A stretch of DNA of 64,000 nt from a virus. Taxonomy: Duplodnaviria > Caudoviricetes. Made by a program: the position numbers and the translations under genes. Shown piece after piece: positions 9,424 to 18,180 of this stretch. The number at the start of each line of letters is the position of its first letter. The stretch's first letter is position 1. The stretch lies in the IMG/VR virus record IMGVR_UViG_3300049595_005065; one strand, given 5' to 3'. A model generated the notes under the pieces. That model was not told where the DNA came from, searched no databases, and saw nothing but the letters and a program-made list of their open reading frames with translations.

Positions 9424-9969
9424 ATGTCGATAGTGCCGGTTAGAAAGCCTATGAAGAATCAGCTCTATTTCGACTTTGCGCGGGACGAAAAACATAAGGG
9501 TCACAGTGCGGTAAACCGCAAACCGCGCATCCGGAAAAACCCGATCGCGCGCCACTTGAAGAACGCGCCGAAAACGTCAGAATGCGGTGACGAACTTCGC
9601 GATTTGTGCGTATTACTGCACGGACTCGCGAAGAAGCATGTCGCAGCCGCGAACTTTCACGACTTCAACCTAGTGGCACGCTGCACAAAGCTGCTGCAGA
9701 CACTGGGCGTATCGGTGGAAGCTCCCGCGGAGATGCAGGCCGCTGTCTCCTGTCAGGAGGCCGCGCTCATCACCAGCGCGCCGGAATACCGCCTGCTGCG
9801 CAGCCGCGCCATGGCCGGGCTCGCCACCGTAGCCGACCTGGCTGACCGCCTCCCCTCAAAGGGGAGCGCCGAATACCAGCGGGGCATGTGTGACGCCTAT
9901 GAACAGGCAAGCACCATCGCGATTCTGTTCCTGGAAGACCTGGAAAAGTTTGAGACCAGGGGAAAGTAA
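9424..9969 (+). CDS. hypothetical protein
   Basis: 181-aa ORF with GGGAG upstream. Confidence 0.7.
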   Translation: MSIVPVRKPMKNQLYFDFARDEKHKGHSAVNRKPRIRKNPIARHLKNAPKTSECGDELRDLCVLLHGLAKKHVAAANFHDFNLVARCTKLLQTLGVSVEAPAEMQAAVSCQEAALITSAPEYRLLRSRAMAGLATVADLADRLPSKGSAEYQRGMCDAYEQASTIAILFLEDLEKFETRGK

Positions 9970-9971
9970 CC

Positions 9972-10286
9972 GTGCCGATCGTAACCAACGAGTTAGATAT
10001 CTTTGAGCTGCGGAACGACGTTCCGGCGGCCAATGGCCAAGACCAGCCGACGATTTTGCTTGAGTCGGGAACCTGGAACACCAAGACGGGCGACGTGACG
10101 GGAATCTGCGTTTCGGTGTTCGGCGACTTGGCGCCGATCATCTCGCCGACCGAGGCCCGCAAGGTGGCTAAATGGCTCGTCCGGGCGGCCGAAGAGCTGG
10201 AAGGCGCTAACGGCCGCAAGGCCCGCCCTGGCTCGAAGCCGTCGCACTACGAGCTCGACGACGACGGCGACGGCGCCGTTCGATAG
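9972..10286 (+). CDS. hypothetical protein
   Basis: 104-aa ORF with a GTG start. Confidence 0.65.
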   Translation: MPIVTNELDIFELRNDVPAANGQDQPTILLESGTWNTKTGDVTGICVSVFGDLAPIISPTEARKVAKWLVRAAEELEGANGRKARPGSKPSHYELDDDGDGAVR

Positions 10287-10287
10287 C

Positions 10288-10315
10288 TTGACGACCGCGC
10301 GGTCCCGGAGATAAT
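10288..10315 (+). promoter_or_regulatory. sigma70-like promoter TTGACG-N16-GATAAT
   Basis: Intergenic. A similar TTGACG-N16-TAGACT lies at 52344. Confidence 0.45.
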
Positions 10316-10346
10316 GCGGCATCTCGTTGTCTCCGGGAGCTAACCT

Positions 10347-10586
10347 GTGCTGACGCTTTCTTCTGCCGGGCTGTTCTTGTCCGGTTTTCTCACTGGTTTC
10401 CTGGCCTTCTGGCTGCGCTGGTACTTCCGGCCCAGCTGGGCTTCTGCTTTTCGGCGCCGAAAGCACTCGATGCGCCATCGGCAGGATTACCTGATTCGAA
10501 TCTCCGGCCGCGCGCGCCGCCAGATTCGCGGCCTGGGTTGTTACTACGGCCACCTCCCCAGGTTTTCTCGCCGCGAGTTTTTCTGA
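10347..10586 (+). CDS. small membrane protein
   Basis: Hydrophobic N-terminus followed by an Arg-rich tail; stop overlaps the tdk start. Confidence 0.5.
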   Translation: MLTLSSAGLFLSGFLTGFLAFWLRWYFRPSWASAFRRRKHSMRHRQDYLIRISGRARRQIRGLGCYYGHLPRFSRREFF

Positions 10587-11167
10587 TGGCCAAGCTCTAC
10601 TTCCGCTACGGCACCGTCAACTCCGCCAAGACGCTCAACCTCCTGGCTGTGGCGCACAACTACCGTCAGCAGGGCAAGCGGGCGCTGCTGGTCAAACCAG
10701 AGCTCGACACCCGCTGGGGTCAGGAGTTCATCACGGCCCGGGCAGGCCTGCGCGAGAAGGCCGACGTCGTTTGCGCTCAGAACACGGTGATCACCTACGA
10801 CCAGCTTCTCGGCGTGGCTTGCGTCCTGGTCGATGAAGCGCAGTTCCTGCCGCTTTTCATCATCGAGCAGCTGGCCTACATCGCCCATCGCAACCCGGGC
10901 GTGCCGGTGATCTGCTACGGCCTGCGGACCGACTTCAAGACGAAGCTCTTCCCAGCGGCTGCCAGGCTGCTGGAGCTGGCCGACACAATCGAGGAGGTCA
11001 AGACCACTTGCGCCTACTGCAGCCGCAAGGCGATCTTCAACCTCAAGTTCGTCGACGGTAAACCAACCCGGGAAGGCCCGTCGGTCGAGCTAGGCGCCGA
11101 GGAGAAATACCAGCCTGCGTGCGCGATCTGCTTCGCCAAGGCGCACGAGAAGGACCATGGCGGCTGA
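10586..11167 (+). CDS. tdk: thymidine kinase (type II)
   Basis: KLYFRYGTVNSAKT, VLVDEAQF, YGLRTDF, and C-terminal Zn ligands CAYC and CAIC. Confidence 0.95.
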   Translation: MAKLYFRYGTVNSAKTLNLLAVAHNYRQQGKRALLVKPELDTRWGQEFITARAGLREKADVVCAQNTVITYDQLLGVACVLVDEAQFLPLFIIEQLAYIAHRNPGVPVICYGLRTDFKTKLFPAAARLLELADTIEEVKTTCAYCSRKAIFNLKFVDGKPTREGPSVELGAEEKYQPACAICFAKAHEKDHGG

Positions 11168-11606
11168 GCACGTCATCGCCGGGATCTGCGGCTTCACGAT
11201 CGCCATTGGGCTGGCGACCTACGCCTGTCGGCAGATCATCCAGGAGCACCTCGACCAGCGCGAACGAGAACGCCGTAGAGAGTACTGGAAACGGCATCAG
11301 CTGGAGCTTGAGGCCCAGTGGCGGCGCACTGATGCTGTCTACGCCGCACAGCGCCATACTCAGCCAACCATCACGCTGCCGCCCGAAGTACGGGTCAACG
11401 CCACGACCATCACGGGCCCGATCCAGCCAGCCATTCCAGTCGGCGCGCTCACCTTGGCGGTGCCCGCTAACTACTATCAGGGGCTTTCGCAATCCCGGGA
11501 TCAGCAGTCTGCCGCACCCCCAGTCGCGCCCATTGCGCCTCCGATACCTCCGCCTCATAATCCGGGACGCCGTCGGATTCTGCCCCTCAACGAGCCCGAA
11601 CCATGA
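11157..11606 (+). CDS. membrane-anchored Pro-rich protein
   Basis: N-terminal TM helix, charged helical segment, Pro-rich tail. Confidence 0.6.
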   Translation: MAAEHVIAGICGFTIAIGLATYACRQIIQEHLDQRERERRREYWKRHQLELEAQWRRTDAVYAAQRHTQPTITLPPEVRVNATTITGPIQPAIPVGALTLAVPANYYQGLSQSRDQQSAAPPVAPIAPPIPPPHNPGRRRILPLNEPEP

Positions 11607-12013
11607 GCTGCAACAAGCCTAACTGCTGCAAGAAGAACAACCTGCCGCGCGAAGAAATGAACCTCGACGTCGGCGCCGTGGCGGCGGCTTTCACGCAGAT
11701 GCTCCAGGTCGCAAAAACCGGCGTGAACAACTTCCAGTGGGCGAGCGCTGAACTTGTGCAGCTGGCGCAGCTGATCGTAACCCTGGTGCGAAAGCCTGAG
11801 CCCGCCCCGGCGCCGGACGTCAGCGCCACGCACGACCAGCTCACGCTGCGCTTTGGCCCGCAGAACGCATATGCGCTCCACGTGCCCGCCGGAACCGAGA
11901 AACAGCGCAACGCCCTGATCACCCAGCTGCTCGCGGCCACCGTAACGCTCTCGACACCGCCCAATCCGCGCATGCAGAAGCTCAACCAGCTGCCGTTGCC
12001 GTTCTCGGAGTAA
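11603..12013 (+). CDS. hypothetical protein
   Basis: 136-aa ORF with an ATGA overlap. Confidence 0.65.
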   Translation: MSCNKPNCCKKNNLPREEMNLDVGAVAAAFTQMLQVAKTGVNNFQWASAELVQLAQLIVTLVRKPEPAPAPDVSATHDQLTLRFGPQNAYALHVPAGTEKQRNALITQLLAATVTLSTPPNPRMQKLNQLPLPFSE

Positions 12014-12016
12014 AGC

Positions 12017-13189
12017 ATGTCCAAGCCCACGCTCCACCTGATCGGGATCTTCCACACGATCCACAACCTGGACTTCTCGCACTGCGCATTCACGGGCAAG
12101 GCCCTGCGCTTCGCGAAGATGCTCCAGGCTCAGGGCTACAACGTCGTCGAGTACGCCAACGAGGGAAGCCAGAGCGAAGCCCGCGAGAAGGTGGCCATGC
12201 TCTCGCGCGACGAGTATGACCAGCTGCTCGGCGACAAGCACGGCGGCACCAAGTTTCACGGCGACACGGCGCAGCTGCAGAGCCCCTGGCACAAGGCCTT
12301 CGAGGCCAAGCTGCTTCCGGCCCTCAAGGAACGCGTGCAGCGCCGCGACATCATCTGCCATCCGTTCGGCCACGCCCATGCCAGCGTGGTCGCCGCGTTC
12401 CAGGGCAACGTCCACGTCGAGACGGGGATCGGCTACAACACGCTTCTTCCCGGTGCGATGAAGATCTTCGAGAGTTACGCCTGGATGCACTACCACCAGG
12501 GCAAGGAGAACCGCTGGGGCAACAACTACGAGTGGGTCATCCCCAATTACTTCGACCTGGACGACTGGCAGCCCAGTTTCGAGCCGGGCAAGTACATCGC
12601 CTTCATGGGGCGCATCGGTAGCGCCAAGGGCCTGGACACGATCTTGGAGATTGCCAAGCGCGTGGATATCCCCGTGAAGGTCGCCGGGCAGGGCGACATG
12701 TCCGCCTGGCAACATCCCAATCTGGAGTACGTCGGCCCGCTCAAGGGCCGCGAGCGAAGCGACTTTATTCGCAATGCCTACTGCCAGCTCATGCCCACGG
12801 AGTTTGTTGAGCCTTTCGGCGGCTCGGGCGTTGAGGGGTTGCTCTGCGGGACGCCTCTAATCGCGCGAGACTTTGGCGCCTTCACCGAGACAGTCCAGCA
12901 GGGTTTCAACGGCTACCGCTGCCACGTGCTCAAGCAGTGGCTTGGCGCCATTCAGGCAGCTGGAAAACTCAATCGTAAAAAGATCGCCGAGGCAGCGCGG
13001 GCAAAGTACAGCCTGCAAAGTTGCGGCGTGCAGTATGACGTGGCGTTTCGCCAGATCGATGACCTGCACGAGGAGGGCTGGTACACCCTGCCCATCACCA
13101 GGGACGAAAACGCCAACGTGCCCTTCCGGGCGCCGATGGGTCCCGTGCTGCAGAACGTCACGATTCCCATCAAGACCACGAACGCCTGA
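12017..13189 (+). CDS. GT4-family glycosyltransferase
   Basis: FMGRIGSAKG, EPFGGSGVEGLLCGTPLIA, ETVQQGFNG. Confidence 0.85.
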   Translation: MSKPTLHLIGIFHTIHNLDFSHCAFTGKALRFAKMLQAQGYNVVEYANEGSQSEAREKVAMLSRDEYDQLLGDKHGGTKFHGDTAQLQSPWHKAFEAKLLPALKERVQRRDIICHPFGHAHASVVAAFQGNVHVETGIGYNTLLPGAMKIFESYAWMHYHQGKENRWGNNYEWVIPNYFDLDDWQPSFEPGKYIAFMGRIGSAKGLDTILEIAKRVDIPVKVAGQGDMSAWQHPNLEYVGPLKGRERSDFIRNAYCQLMPTEFVEPFGGSGVEGLLCGTPLIARDFGAFTETVQQGFNGYRCHVLKQWLGAIQAAGKLNRKKIAEAARAKYSLQSCGVQYDVAFRQIDDLHEEGWYTLPITRDENANVPFRAPMGPVLQNVTIPIKTTNA

Positions 13190-13195
13190 CGCAGG

Positions 13196-13224
13196 GCTAA
13201 ACTGCGCGCGTTTTTCGGGCATAT
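13196..13224 (+). promoter_or_regulatory. putative phage promoter GCTAAA-N16-GGCATAT, copy 2
   Basis: Exact motif with a 16-nt spacer, about 40 nt upstream of an AGGAGG RBS and ATG. Confidence 0.7.
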
Positions 13225-13265
13225 TATCTGCTGCGTATGCTATTGCGCGGCAAACAGGAGGTGAC

Positions 13266-13778
13266 ATGAAAGTCTTGTCCTATGCCAAGGCGTGCGACGT
13301 TGTGGATTATTACAACGCTTCATACTGCACTCGCTTGGTCGCCGAGCAGGTCAAACTGCCTCGGCACGCTGTCTACGAAATCGTGGACTGGCTCTTCAAC
13401 CGCGAGTATCTTCGCGAAGTCGACCTGGCCAACATGGCGACGTCCAAGAAGCTCCTGCCGGAGCTCACCAAGGAGCGCTGGTGCGAGTATCTCTACTCGC
13501 ATGACGTGAGCGCCGAGGACGCGGCGCGCGCGCTTCTCTGGGACGTGCCGCGCGTGCTGGAAAGCTGCTGCGGACCAAAGGAATGGCGCAAGGCAAAAAA
13601 CCGCCAGCGCTGCTTTCGGAAAAAGCCGGAGAACGTGAAACCAAACTCGACCGAGGTCGACCCAACCGTCGAGGAGATCGCGCAGGCTGCCGAGACGGTT
13701 CGCAAGACCTGGAGCGAGAGTCGCTATGGCGGTTCTGCGCCTGTCACTGTGCATGAGTGGCACGATACGCGGCAGTGA
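13266..13778 (+). CDS. hypothetical protein, possibly HTH-containing
   Basis: AGGAGG RBS; RLVAEQVKLPRHAVYEIV is HTH-like. Confidence 0.65.
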   Translation: MKVLSYAKACDVVDYYNASYCTRLVAEQVKLPRHAVYEIVDWLFNREYLREVDLANMATSKKLLPELTKERWCEYLYSHDVSAEDAARALLWDVPRVLESCCGPKEWRKAKNRQRCFRKKPENVKPNSTEVDPTVEEIAQAAETVRKTWSESRYGGSAPVTVHEWHDTRQ

Positions 13779-13805
13779 CGCCGTCTGTCGTTCTTCAAAA
13801 CAAAT

Positions 13806-13839
13806 AAACCCGCGGGCTTGGATGCTCGCGGGTTTTTTT
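13806..13839 (+). terminator. intrinsic terminator
   Basis: AAACCCGCGGGC/GCTCGCGGGTTT stem followed by a T run. Confidence 0.8.
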
Positions 13840-13904
13840 ATGGGCGAAACTCGTCGTTTCGTCGCGATGGCTGGGTTAGATATCTTTCCACGGAGGGGGA
13901 CATC

Positions 13905-14156
13905 ATGAATGTCGTGCTGGTGATTTTGTCGTTTCTGACAGCGTTGATCCCGATTGCGGACCGGGGCATGCAGCAGTGGCAAAGCAGGCAGGTCCAAACG
14001 GTGATGAAGCCCGTGCTCGCGCCCACGCCGCCAGAGGTTGGGCAGTCAAACGTTGTCTTCCGCAACGGCGAGTGGTGGAAGTACGAGCAGGGACAGTGGC
14101 TGGTGTGGCGGCAGAACTCTCAACTTGCGCAAGGAGGCGTCAATGTTGTTCGTTAA
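13905..14156 (+). CDS. small secreted protein with WWKY..GQWLVW motif (planctomycete-like)
   Basis: GGAGG RBS, hydrophobic N-terminus, FRNGEWWKYEQGQWLVW. Confidence 0.6.
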   Translation: MNVVLVILSFLTALIPIADRGMQQWQSRQVQTVMKPVLAPTPPEVGQSNVVFRNGEWWKYEQGQWLVWRQNSQLAQGGVNVVR

Positions 14157-14325
14157 GCATGCAATTGTTTCCTCCGCCGGGCTCTTCGGCGGGGTGTTCG
14201 GATACGTGTCGGCCGAGACAGACGCGTGGACTCTGGTGGGTGCCCTGGTCGGGATGTTTAGCGCCGCGCTCGTGGCGGACGTCCTGACCCAGCCTATGGA
14301 GGTTGATGAAGATGGCAATGATTGA
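14143..14325 (+). CDS. small two-TM membrane protein
   Basis: AGGAGG RBS; two hydrophobic helices. Confidence 0.55.
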   Translation: MLFVKHAIVSSAGLFGGVFGYVSAETDAWTLVGALVGMFSAALVADVLTQPMEVDEDGND

Positions 14326-14587
14326 CGACCAACTTGCGCGGTGCAAGTACGCCGTGTCGCGTCTCATGCAGGCGCTGCCGAAACACTACGTCGGCGAGAC
14401 GCGGGTTGAGATCGCGGCCCATGAGATCGACGACCTCAATGTTTTTCTGCAGAACGCGGAAAACATGATCAATATTGCCCGCAACCTGGGCGAGATCCGG
14501 GTGGAATTGTTGACCCGGCTCGAGCGAGCGGAGGCCTTTCTTCAGCTTTATCCGGAGCCCTGGGCCGCGTACAAGGCGCAGAGCTAA
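14318..14587 (+). CDS. hypothetical protein
   Basis: Helical ORF overlapping the previous stop. Confidence 0.6.
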   Translation: MIDDQLARCKYAVSRLMQALPKHYVGETRVEIAAHEIDDLNVFLQNAENMINIARNLGEIRVELLTRLERAEAFLQLYPEPWAAYKAQS

Positions 14588-14611
14588 CACACCTAGAAAA
14601 GGAGATTTCCT

Positions 14612-14995
14612 GTGGAGGAGACGCAGATTCCCGCGCGGCAGCGGGTCAAGATCACGGTCGAGCTCGAATGCGACCGCGAGCAATTTCCGGGCTGGGGCTA
14701 CGATCCCCAGGACATGGCCAAGGCCGCTGCCGAGCGTGCCGCGGCGGTGCTTGCGTCTTACAACCCGACGGTGACGCGCGCGCTTTGGTTGCCGGGCGAT
14801 GAGCGCTGGCTCGTTGACGAGATCGCTCGGGTGAAGAACATCGACAAGTCCCAGGCGCGACGTCTGATCGCCACGGGGCAGGTTGAGGTCAACTTCAAAA
14901 AGGTCGAAGACATGTCGACCACGGTGCGGCCTGGCGACACAGTCGAGGTTTTCAACAACACCCGGTTGATCAGTCAGGGCTGGCCAGTGAAATAG
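14612..14995 (+). CDS. protein with C-terminal S4 RNA-binding domain
   Basis: KSQARRLIATGQVEVNFKKVEDMSTTVRPGDTVEV matches the S4 consensus SRSEARRLI..G.V.VNG..V......V..GD.I.V. Confidence 0.75.
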   Translation: MEETQIPARQRVKITVELECDREQFPGWGYDPQDMAKAAAERAAAVLASYNPTVTRALWLPGDERWLVDEIARVKNIDKSQARRLIATGQVEVNFKKVEDMSTTVRPGDTVEVFNNTRLISQGWPVK

Positions 14996-15001
14996 TTTTA
15001 C

Positions 15002-15070
15002 GGGCAGAGCGCAACGCAGCGCCTGGCAGTACCCAACCTGCCAGCTCGGGTTCGTTCCCCGACTGCCCCC
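15002..15070 (+). ncRNA. tRNA-like cloverleaf element (non-canonical)
   Basis: GGGCAG/CTGCCC acceptor, GCGC/GCGC arm, CTGGCAG/CTGCCAG arm with an 8-nt loop, TCGGG-TTCGTTC-CCCGA T-arm. Confidence 0.55.
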
Positions 15071-15186
15071 TGTGCGCGACCAGTCAACCCGCCTCTTTTC
15101 AGCCACTCTACGGGTCCAAACCGATGGGTGAGGGGCTATGGCAGCTGGTCGTGCTGGTTCGTTTCCTGGTCTCAAGGAGGATTCCA

Positions 15187-15528
15187 ATGGTTCGCATTGT
15201 TTTTGCTCTCGTGCTCGTCGGCCTCGGTGTGGGAATCGCCGAGGCGGCTCCGCGTCGTACGAACGTGACGTACAGCCAGCCCACGCCGAGCTACGTCGTG
15301 GACAGCGAGGGCAGCGACCAGGCCCGCTGCCAGCAGGAGGCCAACATCATGGCCTCCCGCCGGTTCTGCGGGCACGTCGGTTCGTGCATCGGCCGGTTCG
15401 AGGGTGTTGGGATGGGCAGCTCGCCCAACTGCAACACCTGCACGCCGGGCTCGGGCATGCGCCTGACGGGCGATGCCTCGGCGCAGGGTTCGGACGGCCG
15501 GTGGTACCGCGTCCGCAGCTGGCGCTGA
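15187..15528 (+). CDS. small secreted Cys-containing protein (planctomycete-like)
   Basis: AAGGAGG RBS, signal peptide ending AEA, GHVG..IGRFEGVG...C..C...GSDGRWYRVR. Confidence 0.65.
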   Translation: MVRIVFALVLVGLGVGIAEAAPRRTNVTYSQPTPSYVVDSEGSDQARCQQEANIMASRRFCGHVGSCIGRFEGVGMGSSPNCNTCTPGSGMRLTGDASAQGSDGRWYRVRSWR

Positions 15529-15597
15529 TAGACTGAGGTCAACACACCGGGCGCACCGCTCGCCGCAAGGCTGACGTGCATCAAGGCCCGGTTTTCG

Positions 15598-15643
15598 GGG
15601 CGGGCGCTACTGGGGAACTCGGTGGCGCCCGCCCTTTTCTTTT
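15598..15643 (+). terminator. intrinsic terminator
   Basis: GGGCGGGCGC/GCGCCCGCCC stem followed by TTTTCTTTT. Confidence 0.7.
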
Positions 15644-15655
15644 CCTGGAGGAACC

Positions 15656-16168
15656 ATGAAACCCAAGTTCGAGCACGACTGCGAAAACTGCACGTTTCTC
15701 GGTCATTTCTATGACCACGACGTGTACCAGTGCGGCAAGAGCCTGGTCGCCCGCTACAGCAGCGAAGGCAGCCAGTACTGGTCGATGCCGCAAAGCCTTG
15801 TGGTGGATAGCCTCGGTCGTGACGGCTGGCAAGAAGATCAGGGCATGCGAGCTGTCGTGGCGGCCATCTTCTGCCGCAACGTCGGCGAGCTGCCCGCGGA
15901 GCAGCGAAAGTGCGAGTCGATTCACGATGTCAAGCGGGCCGTGTCAAAGCTGCGCTGGGACATGCTCTTCAACCCGAGCAGTGATGTTGTCCCAGATCCA
16001 GCCTGGGGCCTGGAAGCCGACACGGCCTTCCAGCATTTCTATATCGCCCGCAGCTTGCTCGAGCAGGCCGAGCACCATCTAAGCATTGCGGCTGCCCACG
16101 ACCGGGTGTGCTGGGAGAAGTTCCGCCAGTTCCGTGAAACCCAGGAGACTGCAAATGACGGGACTTGA
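15656..16168 (+). CDS. hypothetical protein
   Basis: GGAGG RBS; N-terminal HDCENC..H..D.Y.C motif. Confidence 0.7.
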   Translation: MKPKFEHDCENCTFLGHFYDHDVYQCGKSLVARYSSEGSQYWSMPQSLVVDSLGRDGWQEDQGMRAVVAAIFCRNVGELPAEQRKCESIHDVKRAVSKLRWDMLFNPSSDVVPDPAWGLEADTAFQHFYIARSLLEQAEHHLSIAAAHDRVCWEKFRQFRETQETANDGT

Positions 16169-16409
16169 GGACTGGATAGATATCTTTGCGCCGCACGCGC
16201 GGCGCGAGGAGGGCGTGACTCTGAGCGTTTCGGAGGTCACGCGGCTGGTGTTCGATCTCGAGGCAGCGCGGGCTGCCGTTATGGAGGAGCCTGAAAGGCC
16301 ATGGGACCGTATCGCTGTTCCGTCCGGTTCTTCGTGTCGTACTTCAGCAAGGAGTATCAGCAGATCCTGCAGCTCGGAATGGACAACCGCCGCCACACAG
16401 CCGAGCTGA
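16155..16409 (+). CDS. hypothetical protein (uncertain)
   Basis: AGGAG RBS and overlap with the previous stop, but it overlaps the next ORF by about 110 nt. Confidence 0.35.
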   Translation: MTGLEDWIDIFAPHARREEGVTLSVSEVTRLVFDLEAARAAVMEEPERPWDRIAVPSGSSCRTSARSISRSCSSEWTTAATQPS

Positions 16410-16525
16410 TCCGCACCTGCCGCGCTGCTGGCGACAAGGTGCTTCGTGTGCGGGAAAGAATGTTCAGCGGCAGAATGGTCGATCGGTTCGTTTCCAACAC
16501 CTGTTTTGAAAGGGGCCTGATATGA
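16301..16525 (+). CDS. hypothetical protein (uncertain)
   Basis: GGAGGAG upstream; ATGA coupling to the next gene. Confidence 0.4.
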   Translation: MGPYRCSVRFFVSYFSKEYQQILQLGMDNRRHTAELIRTCRAAGDKVLRVRERMFSGRMVDRFVSNTCFERGLI

Positions 16526-16893
16526 CGAAGATCGTGATCAACCGTCGCTACGGAGGCTTCGACCTGTCTGCAGCGGCCCAGGTGAGGCTCTTTCAGCTTG
16601 GCTCGCCTTACGTGCGGGGTTTGTCGCCAGAGGTGCTCACCGAGTGGCACAACGACGACGCGCACTTTTTTTATTCCTGGGAGATTCCGCGCCACGACGC
16701 GTTACTCATTCAGGTGGTTGAGGAGCTGGGGCTCAAGCAAGCCAGCGGACGTTGCGCGGAGTTGGTGATCGTCGAAATCCCGGGTAACCTGTATCGGATT
16801 CGGGAGTACGATGGCCTCGAGTCAGTCGAGACGCCTGAGACGCTCGACTGGATCGACGCCAGCCAGGCGCCGAAGCCGGTGGCCCAGAGTTAA
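16522..16893 (+). CDS. conserved phage hypothetical protein
   Basis: KIVINRRYGGFDLS...RHDALLIQVVEELG...IVEIP...EYDGLE, a pattern familiar from many phage genomes. Confidence 0.75.
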   Translation: MTKIVINRRYGGFDLSAAAQVRLFQLGSPYVRGLSPEVLTEWHNDDAHFFYSWEIPRHDALLIQVVEELGLKQASGRCAELVIVEIPGNLYRIREYDGLESVETPETLDWIDASQAPKPVAQS

Positions 16894-16899
16894 TGTTCA

Positions 16900-17245
<346 letters not shown>

Positions 17246-17250
17246 TTGCC

Positions 17251-17286
17251 AAGGCCCGCTTGCGATACGTTTCGCAGGCGGGCCTT
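17251..17286 (+). terminator. hairpin downstream of tmRNA
   Basis: AAGGCCCGCTTGCGA...TCGCAGGCGGGCCTT. Confidence 0.55.
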
Positions 17287-17316
17287 GGTGTTTCTGTAAC
17301 CACAAAGGAGCACAGC

Positions 17317-17775
17317 ATGGCTTTCTGGCTCGATAAGGTCGGCGGTCTGATGATGGGCTCGGTGAAGCTGTACGGCGACACCGAGCTGACGCGGGACGAA
17401 TATCAGCAGCTCTTCGACTTCGCGCCCGAGCACCGCGCGCAGGCGTTGCCGAGCCTCCGGGTGGTGCCCGAGTACGAGGCCGCCCGCGAGGCGCACATGC
17501 TCGCGGTGGTCGAGGAGGTCTCGGCGAGTGACGAGGCCGACAAGGCCCGCGCGGCGTACGAGGCCTTCCAGGTGGCGCACAACGCCGCGGCCCAGCTCGA
17601 CCCCAACGCCCCCGAGGCGCCCAAGGTCGAGCTCGACGCGGCCAAGGCGCTAGCGGACGAGGCGGAGGCCAAGTACCAGGCCGCCGCCGAGGCGCAGAAG
17701 GTGGCTTACGCCAATCTCCAGGAGCTGGCGGCGGTCGTGGAGAAGATGCCGCTCAAGCGCGTTCTGGCGGCGTGA
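17317..17775 (+). CDS. hypothetical Ala/Glu-rich coiled-coil protein
   Basis: AAGGAG RBS. Confidence 0.7.
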   Translation: MAFWLDKVGGLMMGSVKLYGDTELTRDEYQQLFDFAPEHRAQALPSLRVVPEYEAAREAHMLAVVEEVSASDEADKARAAYEAFQVAHNAAAQLDPNAPEAPKVELDAAKALADEAEAKYQAAAEAQKVAYANLQELAAVVEKMPLKRVLAA

Positions 17776-18074
17776 AGCTGTTCCTCGACGATCTCCGGGC
17801 GCCCCCCGGCCCGGAGTACGTCGTGGCCAGGTCCACGGACGAGGCGCTGGTGCTCGTCCAAGAGCGCTGGCCCTCGTTCATGAGCCTGGACCACGACCTG
17901 GGCGGCGAAGACACGACGATGATGTTTCTTCGCAGGTTGGTTAACGAAGTCTGGGACGGCTCGGCGCCAGTTCCAGAATACGCAGTTCACTCGGCCAATC
18001 CAGTCGGCCGGTTGAACATCATCGCGTTCATGGAGAGTTGGAAAAAGTCGCTTGGCGCCGGACCTACGCAGTAG
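17772..18074 (+). CDS. cyclic-phosphate-processing receiver domain protein (cREC)
   Basis: KLFLDDLR.P, SLDHDLG, VHSANPVG signature. Confidence 0.8.
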   Translation: MKLFLDDLRAPPGPEYVVARSTDEALVLVQERWPSFMSLDHDLGGEDTTMMFLRRLVNEVWDGSAPVPEYAVHSANPVGRLNIIAFMESWKKSLGAGPTQ

Positions 18075-18180
18075 TTTCGCCCGGCGGTATCTTTGAGTGG
18101 CGCGCGCTGCTCTTCGCGAATAGATATCTAACCTGGCCCTATCTTGGCCGGGAGTCCCATTCCCTTGCGAAAGGAAACCT

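Noticed and set aside
9404-9433. TCTAAA-N16-GTCGATAG and 50986 GCTAAA...GGAGAAT as extra promoter copies
   Set aside because: The -10 boxes deviate from GGCATAT and the first overlaps a start codon, so they could be chance matches.
15002-15070. Calling the cloverleaf a tRNA-Trp, tRNA-Sec or frameshift suppressor
   Set aside because: It has no U33, no canonical 7-nt loop, no U8-A9 linker and no long variable arm. Kept only as a tRNA-like element.
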